A stretch of 64,000 nt of DNA, taken from assembly GCA_012295275.1 (NCBI GenBank), contig CM022669.1, positions 13,640,001 through 13,704,000 of the forward strand, read 5' to 3'. The notes under the pieces were generated by a model. The model searched no databases and had not been told where the DNA came from. It worked only from the letters and a program-made list of their open reading frames with translations. This document shows, piece by piece, positions 15,734 to 31,585 of the stretch (positions within the stretch are counted from its first letter, which is position 1; each line of letters begins with the position of its first letter). The DNA comes from Chrysomallon squamiferum (taxonomy: Eukaryota; Animalia; Mollusca). Both the position numbers and the translations under genes were made by a program.

Positions 15734-17180
15734 GAGGGTGAGTGTGTGTTTTATTTTTCATCGCAGATGCTTGAGCCTTAATTCAAGGATCAAATTAGGA
15801 AGCTGATGATGATGACCTGTCGGCTGCCATCCGACTTGACAGATTACATCAGCAGAGTATGATTTATTTCTTGTTATTCTCTCACTTCAGACGCATCGTT
15901 AAATACAACAGACAACAGCGGAGTTGATGATGCCGCGGCTGCAACGTGCTGGTTTCTCATTCTGAGCTGAGATTTTCATTTTCATTCCAAATGATTAGTC
16001 CATCACGCAGATTCTAAACTGATCAGACACACATTACTAAATCTATAATAACAACTGCTACTACTACTACTACTACTACTGCTACTACTACTTCTACTAC
16101 TACTATTACTATTAATACTATTACTTTTACTTCTATTACTTTTACAACTATTACTCCTACTACTCCTACTGCAATAACTACCACAACCACTGCTACTACT
16201 GTTATTATTTTTGCTATTACTGTCACAAATACTACCACTATTACTACTAGTGTTTCTGTTACTGCTGATACTGCTACTACTGCTACTACTGCTACTACTG
16301 CTACTACTACTGCTACTACTGCTGCTACTACTACTACTACTGCTGCTGCTGTTACCAGTTCTACTACTATGCTATTCCTGCTGCTACTACTACTACTACT
16401 GCTACAACTGCTACAACTGCTACTACTATCACGGCTGTCTGAAAAACACTACTATTAATACCGAACTGAGAGACACAGTCAACGACACTGTTTTCACGTG
16501 TACGTTTGATTACAGTCACTAAATTATGACGGACAGAAAGCAACACACATCATAATTCCAGTATCGTTATCTTTAATCGAGTATTCTTCGTTTCATTCAT
16601 CGAGCTTCACCCCGTTCTTTACACTGATTCTGAATAATCGATGTTTGACTGATAATCTGTCTTACTCAACGACACCGAGCTGGCAAAATCCAACCCTTCG
16701 GTAACCCGAGAGTGGGGACAAAGTGAACGATATTGCTTCTGAAACAATCAAGAGGTTCCAAGGTCGATGCAAAAAGCCCTTCGTTTATGTATTCGAGTTT
16801 ACCGATGAAATGCTCTGAATTGCTTCTGAAACTAGCAAGAAGTACCCCGATCGATGACAAAGTCAAACGTTTAATTATGTCGATGATGGTTGCGATGGTG
16901 TTTTTGTAACGATCTGAAATTCAAGGACCACTGAAACATTAATTGAAATTCTTGATAGAATTTTTTTGTTTTTTTGTTATATTTAATAAGAGGCAATACA
17001 TGAACAAAAGTTTCTGATTTGCTTTCTTTTCTTTTTTCTTTCTTTATTCGTTGCATAAAACAAGAAAAAAGTTTAAGATGTATTACAAAATATATAAAGT
17101 ATGTATTATGCACTACAGAATAGGGAAAATGCTGAAATTTGTTTTTGTGTGTGTGTGTGTGTTTGATGTTATTTCTTTTA

Positions 17181-17222
<42 letters not shown>

Positions 17223-18122
17223 CATTATTATTACTTTATTTCTTTATTTTTTATTTTTTTTTATTTCATTCTTAATTATCTATGCAGAAAATGACGTCAC
17301 GGTAAATTCCAGCTTTCGGGCATCAATCTTTATTATTAGTTTATAATAAGAAAACATTTATTGTTATTGTTATTTAATTTAATTTATTTATTTACTTTTA
17401 ACATTGCTTATTCTTCTTTGGTTTATTCGTACAATTTAAAAACTAATCCATCATCATTAGCATTTTGAATATCACACATTACGGATATTTTGTACCATAA
17501 AACCCTTTCAAAAAGGATGCGATAAATAATTACAGTCTTAATTTGGTGCGCATACTAATAACACCTGTATGGATTATAACATCATAATTTGGTGTTATTG
17601 TTTATTTTGTTTTTTTGTTTCGTTTGTCTGGGGTTTCTTGAAATTAATTTAGAAAAAAACAAAACAAAACAAGAACGTTCCGTGGGGAAAGAAGTAACGA
17701 GATTCGTTTTCGCTGAATTTAGGGCGCGTTGAATTTTAATTAATTATGCGTAAAACCACAATTCGCTATACGTTTCCCTGCTTAATCCATAATAACAGTA
17801 ATGTTCGAAAGCAAAAATTTCCATTCCATAACAAGCTGTTGACGAAGTTCTCAGAAGTAATGACTCAGATCCGATATAATTCCTTTGAGACGAAGAAATA
17901 CTCCGACATTTAAATGATTGAGATCATGTTTGGTGACTAGAGCGTGAAACAACGTAACAGTCCTATGACGTCATAACAATGGATTATGTGGACGTCATGA
18001 ATATTATTATTACTGTTGTTGTTTTGTTGCTGTTGTCCCTGTTTGTTTGTTTGTTTTTCTTTCTTTATTTGTTTGTTTTCTTTATTTTGTTTTGTTGATT
18101 TACTAGGATAATACATTTTATA

Positions 18123-18192
<70 letters not shown>

Positions 18193-18323
18193 CTACTACT
18201 ACTACTGCTGCTGCTACTATTACTACTCTACTAGTACTGCTACTATCGCTGTTCTTGTTGTTGCTATTGTTGTTATTTTATTACTTTCGTGTTTAAACAC
18301 TTAATAATATATATATCAGCAGA

Positions 18324-18410
<87 letters not shown>

Positions 18411-18963
18411 TTATGCACTTTTATTTTATCTGATTTGCATCACTTTACAAAATTGCTATCCACCATTGTCATTGCGACAAAAAAAAAATGTCCGCCATCC
18501 CCGAACATTACATGCAAAAAAGAATGCATGTGAAGCAGCCAAATTAAATACAGGGAACTTCACTCGAATGGATATCAGGAGAAACAACGACAATATGGTA
18601 AAATGTTGTCAAAAATCCATTATCTAAAATGAATTTGAACAAGGTTACATAAACAACCTCCAAAGCAAATGTAAATCTGCAGGACACTATAATGGCACAA
18701 ATCTATAACAAAAACACTTTTGTTTTCATCACTTTGATTTCAAACAATATAAATATTTACTTTTCTTTTTATTCCTTTTTAAAGTTATGCACCAGCGTTT
18801 GATATGGTTTTTCTTTTAGAATACTGTGTGTAAATTAGAATGTTATATCATTTATTTCTTCTTTTTTTATTTTCTTTTTTTTTTTTTTTTTTTTTTGCTT
18901 TATTTATTAAATTATTTTTAAAATTTTATTTTATTTCATTTTGTTTTATTTTATTTTGTTTGT

Positions 18964-18994
<31 letters not shown>

Positions 18995-19063
18995 TTTTGC
19001 TTATTTCTTTTCTTTTCTTTTACTTATTTTGTACTTATTTAATTAATTATTATTATTATTATT

Positions 19064-19168
<105 letters not shown>

Positions 19169-19391
19169 GATTCCAGTCTCCGTATAAATTTCTCTTTCCA
19201 TTTTTTTTTATATTTTCTGTTTTATTTTGTTTCATCTTTTTCTTTTTCTTGCTTCGGTTTAGTTGTATTTTTATTTTTATTCCATCTATCTATTTATCCA
19301 TTTATCTGTCTATCTTTGTTTCTCCAACCGCTTTCTTATTCTCAGTTCTGTTTATCTTCTTTTTTTCTGGCTTTTTTATTTTCTTATTTTA

Positions 19392-19423
<32 letters not shown>

Positions 19424-20006
19424 CTTGTGGGAGCGTATAATTTGAATTCTTCTTTAAGCATAGTGTAGAAAAATATAAACTTGATAGAACATGTCGGATT
19501 ATACTGATCAAAATGAAAGACGGCAAATTGATTTCTCCATTTAAACTCTATATAGTATTTTTTTATTTATTTTTTAAAGTTTTGACTCGTTTTCGATTAC
19601 GTAATCAGTGTATCGTTAAATGCGTCATATCGAAAATGTATTCTGCTGTCTTCACATTATCTGGTTTCTTTTCTTCGCTCGATATAATTGCCCATTAAAA
19701 AATAATCTTTATCGAATTCAAATAATGTTCAGGGAGATTAGAACATACTTTTTTTTTTTTCTCAGTACCTTCCATTTTCAAGCCTATTTTCTTTCCTATT
19801 CATTATTGAGAATGTATTTTTTTTCTTTCTGTCTTTTTACTGTTTTATTTTTTTATTATTATTATTATTATTATTTTTTTTTTTTTTTCACCATGTCGAT
19901 TTCACCTTTAGTTTGCTTACGTACATAATCATTACCATTAAAACATAAAACATGAACTGACGAATGTAATTTTCTGTTTCTAATGTACGTAATCAATGGC
20001 GGTAGA

Positions 20007-20170
20007 TCAAAAATGTCAAACACACGTCTAAACAGTAAGTCAAAAATGTCAAACACACGTCTAAACAGTAAGTCAAAAATGTAAAACACACGTCTAAACA
20101 GTAAGTCAAAAATGTAAAACACTCGTCTAAACAGTAAGTCAAAAATGTAAAACACACGTCTAAAAGTAAG
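20007..20170. repeat. Minisatellite, 33-bp unit x5 (TCAAAAATGTCAAACACACGTCTAAACAGTAAG)
   Basis: Five near-identical head-to-tail copies with no spacers. Confidence 0.95.
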
Positions 20171-20269
20171 AAAATAATTTATGCTTTAAAAATGGGTTCT
20201 AATGTTAAAATACAGAATCAAACATTGTCTGCTCATTTACCTTTTCTATGGATATTAACACCAACAACT

Positions 20270-20415
20270 ACTTATATTAGATGTTCTGTTTCTACTATTA
20301 CCACTACTATTCTCAGCACAGCAACCTCCTCCAAACCTCCATACTTATATTAGATGTTCTGTTTCTACTATTACCACTACTATTCCCAGCACAGCAACCT
20401 CCTCCAAACCTCCAT
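20270..20415. repeat. Tandem duplication, 73 bp x2
   Basis: ACTTATATTAGATG...CCAAACCTCCAT is repeated with one mismatch. Confidence 0.9.
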
Positions 20416-20541
20416 CGTTACTAGTCGCCATTATTGTTATCACTAGTAGTGGTGGTAGTAGTAATGGAAATAGCTGCAGTAGTAGTAGTAGTAGTTGTTG
20501 TTGTTGTTGCTGTTGTACTAGTAGGTGTAGTAGTAATATAT

Positions 20542-20577
<36 letters not shown>

Positions 20578-21174
20578 TCCTATCTACTTCTCTGACTATA
20601 TGTCTGTTTGTGTCTGTCTGCAAGTCTATTTATCTGTCTGTATATATTTAATTTTTATTATTTATTTATTTATTTATTATTATTTTTTTTTAACATTATT
20701 TATTTGTTTATATATATATAAAATTAAAAATTAAAAATTCCTTCTAGAATCATCTGTCGTGCAATATCCATGTTGTTCAGTTTATCTAAAAACAAATAAA
20801 AATAAAATAATAATAAAAAAAATTAAAAAAAAAAAATCTTAATTTTTATTTCTTTGATTGATGTATTAATTAGATAAATATCATTCGCTGCGTCAGAACT
20901 AATATTAAACTCGAATAATGATGCATTGCGAGTTTTTTCGAAATGACAGGCCGTGTCCATTCATATTATTTTTCTGAACAAACTGAACCAAGGGCAGTGG
21001 ACTGTGAAATGATAAATTAATATGACAGACTGTTGAAGGATATCCACATTAGTTATTACACCAGTAATTTCCTTTTCTTTTATTTTTTTCTTCCCCTCTT
21101 ATAACATTTTGATTATCAGGAGCCATTTTTAGAACTGAGAGGGAAAAAAAAAAAAAAAAAAATCAAGAATAAAA

Positions 21175-21212
<38 letters not shown>

Positions 21213-22919
21213 TTTCTTTCAGTGTTTATCTCGTCTGCGATCTCTTCCTCATTAATTTCTGTTGTTCTGTTTTACCCGTAGGACTAGCAAACAAACAAAC
21301 AAACAAACAAAAATAAATTAATAAATAAATGACGAACAAACACACGGATGGGTGGGTTGGTGATAGGCGGATGGATGGATGAATAAAGAAAGAACGAAAG
21401 AATTGTGGAAAAGAGGATTATTAACGTACGTTACATGGAACTTTTATTTCAAGTGTTTTTTTTTTTTTCTTATTAGAACGCAGATCTGGTTGGTACGCTG
21501 TCAGTCCTTCCCATCGGTTCCCACCCACAGGCACGCCCAATCGTCTTTCTGGATTATTTTTCAAGATGGGTGTCTGCACGCCACTGCAGAAAGTCTTCAG
21601 GCAGTTGCCTACACAGCTTGTTACGTACACTGTCATAATCCGGCACGAGTTCTCAAATGAACTCTCGCAGTTGGTCTAACAGCCTGTTACATAATTCCCA
21701 TTTCATCTAACGATATTTTGATCCCTTACGAAACCTTACGGATCAAGTGGGAAGACATCTTCTCGTCATGTTTATTTTCCGTTCCGATCAGAGCACCGTA
21801 ACTGATTTACCGTATGTCTTTTACCAAGAGGAAATTGCATCTAAGAATTCCATGGCTACTAACCAAAATACAGTATCCACTGCCTTGCGACAACATATTT
21901 CCATTTTCTTTAGCTCGTGGTTCTTAACCAAAATTAGTGCATGCGCAGTACTGTGTTAAGTATGTCTGTTAAATGACACGTTTGTTTCTTCTTTCCTTCG
22001 TTATTTGTTCGTTGAGGTTCTTTTCTTTCTTGTTTTTTTGTTTGTTTTTCTTTTCTTTTCTTACTTGCTCTTTATCGAGTAAATTATTCTTTAAACCAGT
22101 ATAATCTTCGTTTATAATTGTCTAGTAAAATTTTAAACATAGGTAAAGTTAAATAACTCTAGAAATATAAACAATCTCCAATCAAAACGTATCAAGAGTT
22201 GTTTCCCTTATACCATCACTATTAAATTTATGTCTACTGTTCAACAATGGGCACCATGTGTGGATAGACGTGTGTCTGTGCGTGTGTGTGTGTCTGTGTG
22301 TGTGTGTGTGAAACAAAACATGCGACAAATATCATCAATTAAAAATAATAAAAATAATAATAAATAGAAATTTGGAAGAAAGAACAAAGAAATAAAAACA
22401 ACGAAAATAATAGCCAGTTATGTATGAATATATACAGAAAAAGGTTCTGCCATATAGATGTGGCCGTAAAACATCTAAATGTAAACACAGTTTTACACTG
22501 ATACACACATACAGACAGACATACACATACACACAGACAGACACGCGCACACACATACGCATGCATGCCTATATACCATGATTCTTATACCACAGTTACA
22601 AAATATAATAGGCATGTCAGTACAAGTATATATAAAAGCGGTTTAAGTTATTGCTCACAAATAGATTTAACTAGATTTCATAGTGAATTGCAAATATCAT
22701 TTTCATACTGTCTTTTTTATCGACAGCTTTACGCTTTCAAACTTTTTAGGAGTTATATTTATTGTTTGTAGGATTAAATCAGTATAAGCAAGTATTTATG
22801 CTAAAATATTATTAATAATTTTTATTATTTTTATTTTATTTTTTTAAGCGGGGAAAAAGGATAAAACCCATAATACACAATTATAATTCCGACTGTCTCT
22901 TCCTTTGTGTCAAACTAAC

Positions 22920-23331
22920 CCAGCTACGAATAGAACCAGTCGGCCGGCTAGCTTTACTTATTTGGGATCACATGACGTCGTAAAGCGGAACAAAAATAAA
23001 AAAAACAACCAAAAAAAGTAATCGATCGTCTGCTGTGTGTCATTCAGTGAATCCAGATGTAAACGTTCACACTCCACTTCTTGTTCACTGGCGCTGCGTT
23101 TCGAAAAACTTTACGAAGACACACGAATCATTTATGAACGTGTGACAAAACTTTTCATCCCGGTACGCCAAACCACGCCGAGCTAAATCAATCGTTGTGT
23201 GTCGCAACACAAACCTTGTTCGTGTTGTTCCTTCCACGTCACAGCTGAATATCGATCGATCCAGTGCTGATTGCAGTGTTGTGAATACAGCGTTCTGCTA
23301 CAGGATTTTTGAGTGAAAAAAAAAAAGAAAG
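22920..23331 (+). promoter_or_regulatory. CpG-rich putative promoter/5' UTR of the TRIM gene
   Basis: Locally CpG-dense, microsatellite-free sequence immediately upstream of coding exon 1. Confidence 0.45.
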
Positions 23332-23435
23332 ATGTACAGACGTTCGAGATCGCAGGATCCAGCCGATTCCAGAAGTGAGAGCAGAGAACGAGTGGCACCC
23401 AGACCATGGGCGGGAGCAAGACCAAGACCCGAGCG
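23332..23435 (+). CDS. TRIM (RBCC) gene, coding exon 1 (MYRRSRSQDPADSRSESRERVAPRPWAGARPRPER)
   Basis: ATG at 23332 with an open frame to the donor CG|gtaggt (phase 2), which matches the exon 2 acceptor at 31173. The exon lies in a CpG-rich patch. Confidence 0.75.
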
Positions 23436-23968
23436 GTAGGTTTGTCGCGTAAATTTATTGGTTGGTTGTACGTAATGTTTTTGAAATGCGTCTGGTACGA
23501 GCTCGTTCGTTTTGTGCAGTGTGGCTTTAATAACGATGATACTGGCGTGATGTTCTGGCGTTGTTGTTTTTTGTGCCCTCCACGTCTCTGACATTTCTGT
23601 GCTTTTAATGATTTTTTTTTTCTTTACATAATGATGTAGGACGACTGTAGTTTGTTGTGGTGTTTCGTGCTTGTGTGAGTGAGCAATTACGTTAGAATAA
23701 ATGTTTTAATAGTAGTAGTAATAGTAGTAGTTATAGTAGCAGTAGTAGTAGTAGTAGTAGTAATAGTAGTAGATATAGTAGTAGTAGTAGTAGTAATAGT
23801 AGTAGTAGTAGTAATAATAGTAGTAGTAACAACAACATCAACGATAACAATAACAATTAGAAGCATTATTGTTTGATTACTTGGTATTAAATGTGTCGTA
23901 TACAGATACTTTGAATAATGTAGTTACAACAACAACAACAACAACAACAACAATAATAATAATTATTA

Positions 23969-24013
<45 letters not shown>

Positions 24014-24264
24014 TATTATATTTATTATTTTAATTTATCATTATTATTGTTCTTATTTTTTAAATTAATTTTTTATTATTGTTTTCTTCTAAAGGGTTGT
24101 CGAGATTCGTATTTCGTTTTTTATTTATTTTTAATTAAATTATACTATGGTATTTATTCTGGTGTATATGTTGTTGTTTTTACTTTTTATTTATTTTTTA
24201 TTTATATATTTATATATATTTTTTATTATATATTTTTTTCATTTTATTTGTAAAATACATGGAC

Positions 24265-24308
<44 letters not shown>

Positions 24309-25619
24309 TATCTTGTATAACAGTCTGCTTCATATTTGTTACATTTCTTAAATATAACTCACTCAAAAAAAATTAAAAAATTAAAAATAAAATATAGTTA
24401 TTTATTCATCAGTATCACCCTCCATATGCACGAACCCTATTTCATATAAAAATATAAATTATACACTTTCTATTATTTTTATGTAAAAATATTTAAGGAA
24501 AAAGAAGGCAAAAAATAATAATAATAATAATAAAACTTTCGTTACTCGTCCTCATTATTTGTCATAAATATTCGAGATTCTTCGGCTATCTCCGATCGCA
24601 TGTTCCGTCAGTCGTTAGTTCCGAATATTACCTTATACGGTAATACCTCTTCCGCTGATCTCCGAAAACCAACGAATCTAGGAGTGTCGTCTGCAAATAA
24701 AGAAGTGCCTTCTGCATTCGACGTACGTAAAATAAATTCACTGACCCGAATCGCCCCCGAAGGCGGGTAGCACAGTTCTCTGTCGGTTGTGTATACATAG
24801 ATAAAGAAAGTAGCCAATGAAAACGCCGAACTATTGTACACGTACTTACGAGAGATTTGAATCACATGTTTAACGCCGTCTAATATATAAGAATATGCAA
24901 AAGTTTTGAGTTTAAATATTTTTAACGGACATTCTTGTTCAGAAAATTAAGTCTGTTCGGAAGTAAACTTGAAGGTGAGTGACTAAAACAGAAAGTAATT
25001 TGCTTACGTAATTTTTTGTTTGTTCTGCTTTATTTGTCTGTTATATATTGAAATGTATACCATGCCGGTAGGAATAACATATAGTAAGCATGTAGATTAA
25101 TTTTTTTTTTTTTTTTTAAATATTTATTTTTTGTAAGGTATTTCTATATAATATTAAACATATGATATTTACACGTGAAATAATTTTCTTTACAAATTTT
25201 AAAAAAACAGATGGTTATACAAATTTTAAAAAAGAAGAAGAAGAAACCACGTCATAATAATGTTGAAATGTCTCATCTGATAAGTAACAGGACGTACCCA
25301 TATTTCATGACAAAAGAAGGTGAGGCTGATGACAGTCTGAATATTATTCTTTTATGTTCTAAACGAGTCAATAATTTTATGGTGATGTTGTGGACGTGGT
25401 AAGAGCATTGTACTTTGGGTCTGATGCATCGGAGAATAATGTGCTATGACTGATTTACCACTGGTCTTGGTATAACGCTGATCCGTTTACGAGGGGGTAT
25501 ATTTAATTATCTTTTGCTAATCGGTAAGAGTAGAGCATAATCACAGTAAAGGCAATTGGATGCATCTTTCACGTGGGGAAAACAAAACTGATGGATAAAC
25601 GTGTGACATAATAAACTAT

Positions 25620-26070
25620 AGTAATGTTAATATATTCTGAAGTTAGCAATAATAATATCATCTTCTTGTGTCGGCTGTAATAATATTATTTTAATTTGTC
25701 AGCTATTGTAATATTATTATATTCTGTCATTAGCAGTAATAATATCATTTGCTTGTGTCAGCAGTTGTTATATTATTTTATTTTGTCAGCTATAGCAATA
25801 TTACTTTATTTTGTCAGCTACAGTAATACTAGTTTATCGTTCAGCTATAGTAATATTATATTCTGTCATCAACAATAATAATGTCATCTTCTTATGTCAG
25901 TAATGGTAATATAATTTTATTGTGTCATCTATTGTAATATTATTTTATTGAATTAGCTACCGTAATATTAGTTTATCGTTCAGCTACAGTAATATTATAG
26001 TCTGTCATCAAAAGTAATAATATCATTTTATTGTGTCAATTATAGTAATAGTATTTTATTCTGTCAGCTA
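25620..26070. repeat. Degenerate AT-rich minisatellite (about 25-bp units built on TCAGCTAYWGTAATATT)
   Basis: Recurrent tcagct/gtcatc...gtaatatt motifs in TRIM intron 1. Confidence 0.7.
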
Positions 26071-26614
26071 ACACGTACATAACTGTTATCATTATAAAGC
26101 ATTCTAGACACACTGTAGAAGCCATCGATACATTAAAAAATGTATTGGCTTTCGGTATCATTAGAACGATAGAGCACATTATAAAATTACAAAGTCATTT
26201 GTATTTTGCGCTGGGTCCTGAACCCAAAACTATCAAGTCTTGTTATTGAACATTCAATATTTGATGCATTTTGCTAAAGTATTTATCAGTGCATGTATAA
26301 CTGCATGGCACAGCATGCACATTATTTAATATGGAATACTCTGCTTTTTATTGCACCGAGATATGCTTAGGTAAATACAAACGATATTTCAAAGAACGTC
26401 TGTTACCTTTTTTATCAGTACGCAGTTCACCTGTCATAAATTCTGTGCTGTTATGAATGACTATTTTGCAAGCTGTTTCAGCTAGTGTGTCTCACGGAAA
26501 TCCATTCATAATAGTAACTATTATCAGCTGCATACAGAATAATGAGAGCGTTTTGTAAATAATCTGAATAATTGATCGTGTGTATTTGAGTGCATTTGTT
26601 TCGTGTGTTCTAAT

Positions 26615-26740
<126 letters not shown>

Positions 26741-27875
26741 CTAAAACAGAACTGTCAAAAAAGCTCTGAGAAATTCAGACAGTAAGATCAGTGTTACAAT
26801 GTAAATAATATGGTTACTCTGTGAACTTCTCTGAGTAAATGTAAGCCCACAGAAATATCGTTTTCATTTAACAAATAGGATTTTGTAAGTTATTACACTT
26901 TGTCATGGTGACATGGTCGTTGTAGACTGATTCACCCCAAATGCTCAATAAATACGACGTGAGACACGTCCTTCATTTTATTCTTCATCTTTTGGAGAGT
27001 GTAAACAAAGCCCAGAGCTTGATACAACAATTGTTCAGTCGTGAGATAAAAACAGAGGGAGACGGAGAGAACGCTCTCACCATCGCCAATATTTGCTTTC
27101 CTCGTTTCGCCAGTTAAAACATTAGCCGGGACCTGCCTACATTTAATTTGTGAATTTCAAACCTCGAGATAAGATATTTGTTGACGTCAGGCTAACACGG
27201 CAAAGCTCATGGTCCTCTGTACTTTGCGTAAGTTGAGTTTTAAACTCTGGTTCATTATGGGACATGTTGCACAATGGCTTTAAGAATGACGAGATGATTG
27301 TGTTTCCTTGAGTTACATAGATAGCTTGATTATGTAATCCGTTTATGATTTAATTATGCAGACTCACACACACACACACACACACACACATTAACACATT
27401 ACTAATGAATTCATTATTTAGTGATATATTTTTTATTTTCTTCCAGTTACTATTAAGTGCATGAGTTTTATGCATAAATAAATGTGTGTCTGTATATTGT
27501 ACATGTGCATAACACTCTATATTTGTGTATGGATGAATGTGTGTTTCTGTGACTTACATGTTATCTGACAGAAAGTCGGGACTCTTTATTACAACAGTTC
27601 ATGACAATTATAAATACAACCTATTTGACCTGTGGACTATTAAATCTCTACACTCGAAACAGCACTACTAAAATAATACTGCGGTGTCACTTCTGTGTCT
27701 ATTATAAAATTCACACCCAAGCAACAATGTAAACCATTTTAGTGTGTGATATGCTAGCTCCCACAAACGCATTGGCTAACCCGTTGAAGAAGTGCATTTT
27801 TAGATTTATAGATGGGAAGCGCGTGTCCGACATAACACGAATTTGAATCGTTTTAGGTATTAACACTAGCAAAAC

Positions 27876-27992
<117 letters not shown>

Positions 27993-30542
27993 ACGTGCAA
28001 AGTAGAGACTGACAGACAGACAGAGACTGTCAGTTAGACTATAAAAAGGATTGTGTAATTTGACAACCGCTGGATAAACTACTCAATCAGCCGTTAAGCT
28101 ACAGTATATATGCATGTACTTTAACAGCTGTATGTAACATAATAGTGGTATCAACTACTCGGTAAGGTAAATTCATGCACGTTTCAAAATACCTCATCTG
28201 TGACGGTATTTGAAAGCTTGTACAAAGTTAAAACCTGATCTGCAGGCCTGTAAAGCTGAGATTTTAAACATGACGACGATGATGATGTCGATATTCATTA
28301 AATACTTATCAAAGTCTTTACATGAGAAGGTTAATGTGTAGTAGCATTCCTTTAATATTTGGGTATATTTAGTAACATTAGATAACCCACAAACAATAAA
28401 ACCCAGACAAAAATCAATAAAAAATAACAACAACAACAAAACAACTTAAGAAATAATAATAACAACAACAACAATAACAACAACAACAACAGCAACAACA
28501 ACAACAATAACAGTAATCTTCAAAATCTTGTTTACTTTATCAACGAATGACCCTGGTAAAAATATCACATTCGTTAAGAAACTTGCCCATGTGGACTAAC
28601 GTAAGGCGGTAAGCGGGTAATTTTAGAGAAGCTTTTGATTCTTAATTCAAGTACAGTTATCCTAGTGCGTAGGCGTCATACAGTGAAAGAAAAGTATTAT
28701 TGTAGGAAAAGTAAATATTTTGACCCCAAGTCCAGCGAAGCCTATGAAATGTTTGCATAAATTACCACGGCTGTTGAAAGTCATTAATATCTTCACATGT
28801 TTAAGCATGTTCTTGATTTCAGAAATTATATGTGCGAATGAATAACACATTGTTTCTTTTTGTAAAAATAACCCCATAGCTCTCTGCTATGAACTATGAA
28901 ATCTGGAGAAGTTATTTAATCATTGCTAAGCAGCCCGCAGTCTTCATTAATCTACGAAATGACGTCACGATGAAGTGGATAATATCAGTCTGTTATGCTT
29001 TTTCGTGAACTTGCTGTTTTATCGACAGTGTATTTGATTAACCACATCTGAAAACAATGACGGGGAAATGCGGAGATTATGTACAGCCCATTTGTTCCTG
29101 TCATCAAAGGGACATGCTCACGTCAGCCCCAGATATCCATCATGAATGTTAAGTGACGCGTCTAGCAAGTTTGTTCCTGAACGAATATACAACCAGATGT
29201 TTATATACTTAACGAACTTTTCAGTCCAGAAGGTTAAGTGAGTTACGCAGATTCAAAAATAATAATATTGTTCATTTATTGGTTTTTTTTTTCACAAAGT
29301 AGTTGTATGATGTTTTATTTAATTAATAAATAACATTGTTGGATATTTTGATTATTATTAAATCTGATGACATCTGGAATCGTACACGTAGCTGATGTTA
29401 GTCTTGAATGTTGTTGTTTTTTTACTTAATAATGTTGTTTAATTTAGGTTTATTCTCTTCTGATGTGTGCTGATAATGTAAGAAATTGAAATAATAATTA
29501 TTACAGTTAATTACAGAAGTGGAATAAAAGATAAATAATTTATAAAAAACAATAATATTAAAAAATATAATAATGATAGTAATAATAATAATAATAATAT
29601 CATTATCGTCACTATCATCATTCTTCTTCTTCTTCTTATGATTATTATTATTATTATTATCATCATTATTATTATAAAACAGCCTAAATGAAAAGAGTTG
29701 CATTAGATGTTAATAATAGATGAGATATGTCAGCTGTATTTTTGGAGTAATATAAAACATTATGACAACGGGGAAAACGAAGCGAAAGAAAAGATATAAA
29801 TGATTTTTATGATTCGGTTGATGAACCACCGATATTTCATCACGACGTTGCTAGGAAACAGGTATGTCTCACTGCATAAACCAGAAATGCAACATTCTGT
29901 GAGAATATCGCGCACTATTTGATTTAAATTTCTCTTTACTTAACTGCCTAATCCAATTAGGAACCCCGCCAGTACGCTATGTTATTATGAATGGTCAAAC
30001 TTTGGTTTGGACATTGGTAAGTTGGCTGCTTTTATTTGCTAATTTCAAAATAGTCTCTCACGTTGTTTAATATATCTTTGATTTCGTTGTTTATATTGAC
30101 ACCTGGCTTAATTAATTAACTCATCTTGCTTGTTTCAGTATTGTTTAACTTAGCGAAAAGGGAAAGTTTTATATGTGCCTTCCCATGAAAACAAACTGCA
30201 GCCCTTGATAAACAGTAGATGTGCAATGGGTGAAATATGAAATATCAGTTTACTGAGATCCCCGATAAAGATAGATCCTGCTGTCTGTAAAGCTGAACGA
30301 TGGGCGCTAGATTATGTATATAATTACTAATTATTTTATATCCATGAATATTAACGAGAAATATTCTTTACATTAAGTCCCTAATGGCTGGTTTTTAAAA
30401 GTACATTCGTTGTTGTTCTTGTTGTACTTATAATTATCATTATTATTATGTATTGCTGTTGTTGTTGTTCATGTTCTTCTTATTACTATTATTATTATTA
30501 TTAATAATAATATTATTATGTACTGTTTTGTTGTTGTTGTTC

Positions 30543-30594
<52 letters not shown>

Positions 30595-30617
30595 CTGTTG
30601 TTGTTTTTGTTATTTTT

Positions 30618-30648
<31 letters not shown>

Positions 30649-30950
30649 TTCTTCTTATTATTATTATTATTAAAAACAACAAAGAAAATAACAAGGGAGA
30701 AAAAAAGAAATGAAAAAAAAAAAAATGGCTTTTATAAACGTTTAAACTTTGAAACGGCCAGCGTGGAACAGATGGCCCAGACTATTATTATCATTTATCT
30801 AAGCGACGTGTCCCGTCTCGTCTGAAATGTTGTTCAGCCTGATTAACTACCTCATCATCACTGGACTTTCCACAGCCTCAATCAGAAAATCGTGATCCCA
30901 ACATCGTCAGCGTGAACTCCTTTTTCCGTTACTCTGCTTACAAGCATTTG

Positions 30951-30986
<36 letters not shown>

Positions 30987-31172
30987 TGGCAAAAACCTAG
31001 GTCAACAGACAATTATGTTGTAGTTGAGTTTTGTTTTGTTAAATGAAGTAAATGGAACACCACGGCGCGCTAATGATGATGATGATGATGATGATATGTT
31101 AGAAGCTGTGAGTGCGCTGTTTCTGCTTGTTGTTGTTGTTGTTATTAGTGTTGTTGTTTGCTGTTTTTGCAG

Positions 31173-31279
31173 AGCCAGTCGCTCGTACAAGAGATCGAAC
31201 CGCAGAATGACGGAGACTGACGCTGCTCGACTAGAGGAGAAACTCAAACAGTTCCAAGAGGAGCTAGAACGGGAAAAAG
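31173..31279 (+). CDS. TRIM gene, coding exon 2 (ASRSYKRSNRRMTETDAARLEEKLKQFQEELEREK; short coiled coil)
   Basis: Acceptor tttttgcag| and donor AAAG|gtgagt bound a 107-nt exon. Its phases (2 to 1) fit both neighbouring exons. Confidence 0.85.
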
Positions 31280-31520
31280 GTGAGTTTAAAAAAAATATAT
31301 ATATATATATATATATATATCTGACTATACTCAAACACTGATACACTTGAAAAACAGGGTAGTCAATACTACCAAATGATTTAACTTTATTTTTAATTTG
31401 GTTTTAATAGTGTTGTGGCCGTTATTTGAAGTCTGGGCGAAGTTGACTTTTATATTTCATCATTTGTAAATATAACTGTATGAATCACGTCTTATAAAAT
31501 TAAAACCTTTTGTCTGTTTT

Positions 31521-31551
<31 letters not shown>

Positions 31552-31554
31552 TTG

Positions 31555-31585
<31 letters not shown>

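Noticed and set aside
20007-20170. 33-bp repeats of CRISPR-like length
   Set aside because: The units are head-to-tail with no spacers, the context is eukaryotic and there are no cas genes, so this is a minisatellite.
21379-21959. Complex-sequence block with several short ORFs
   Set aside because: No recognisable protein motif or consistent splice structure; it cannot be classified without a database search.
23406-23591. MGGSKTKTRA ORF as the TRIM start
   Set aside because: Its phase-0 junction reaches a stop in exon 2. The frame from the ATG at 23332 is the one that joins the RING frame.
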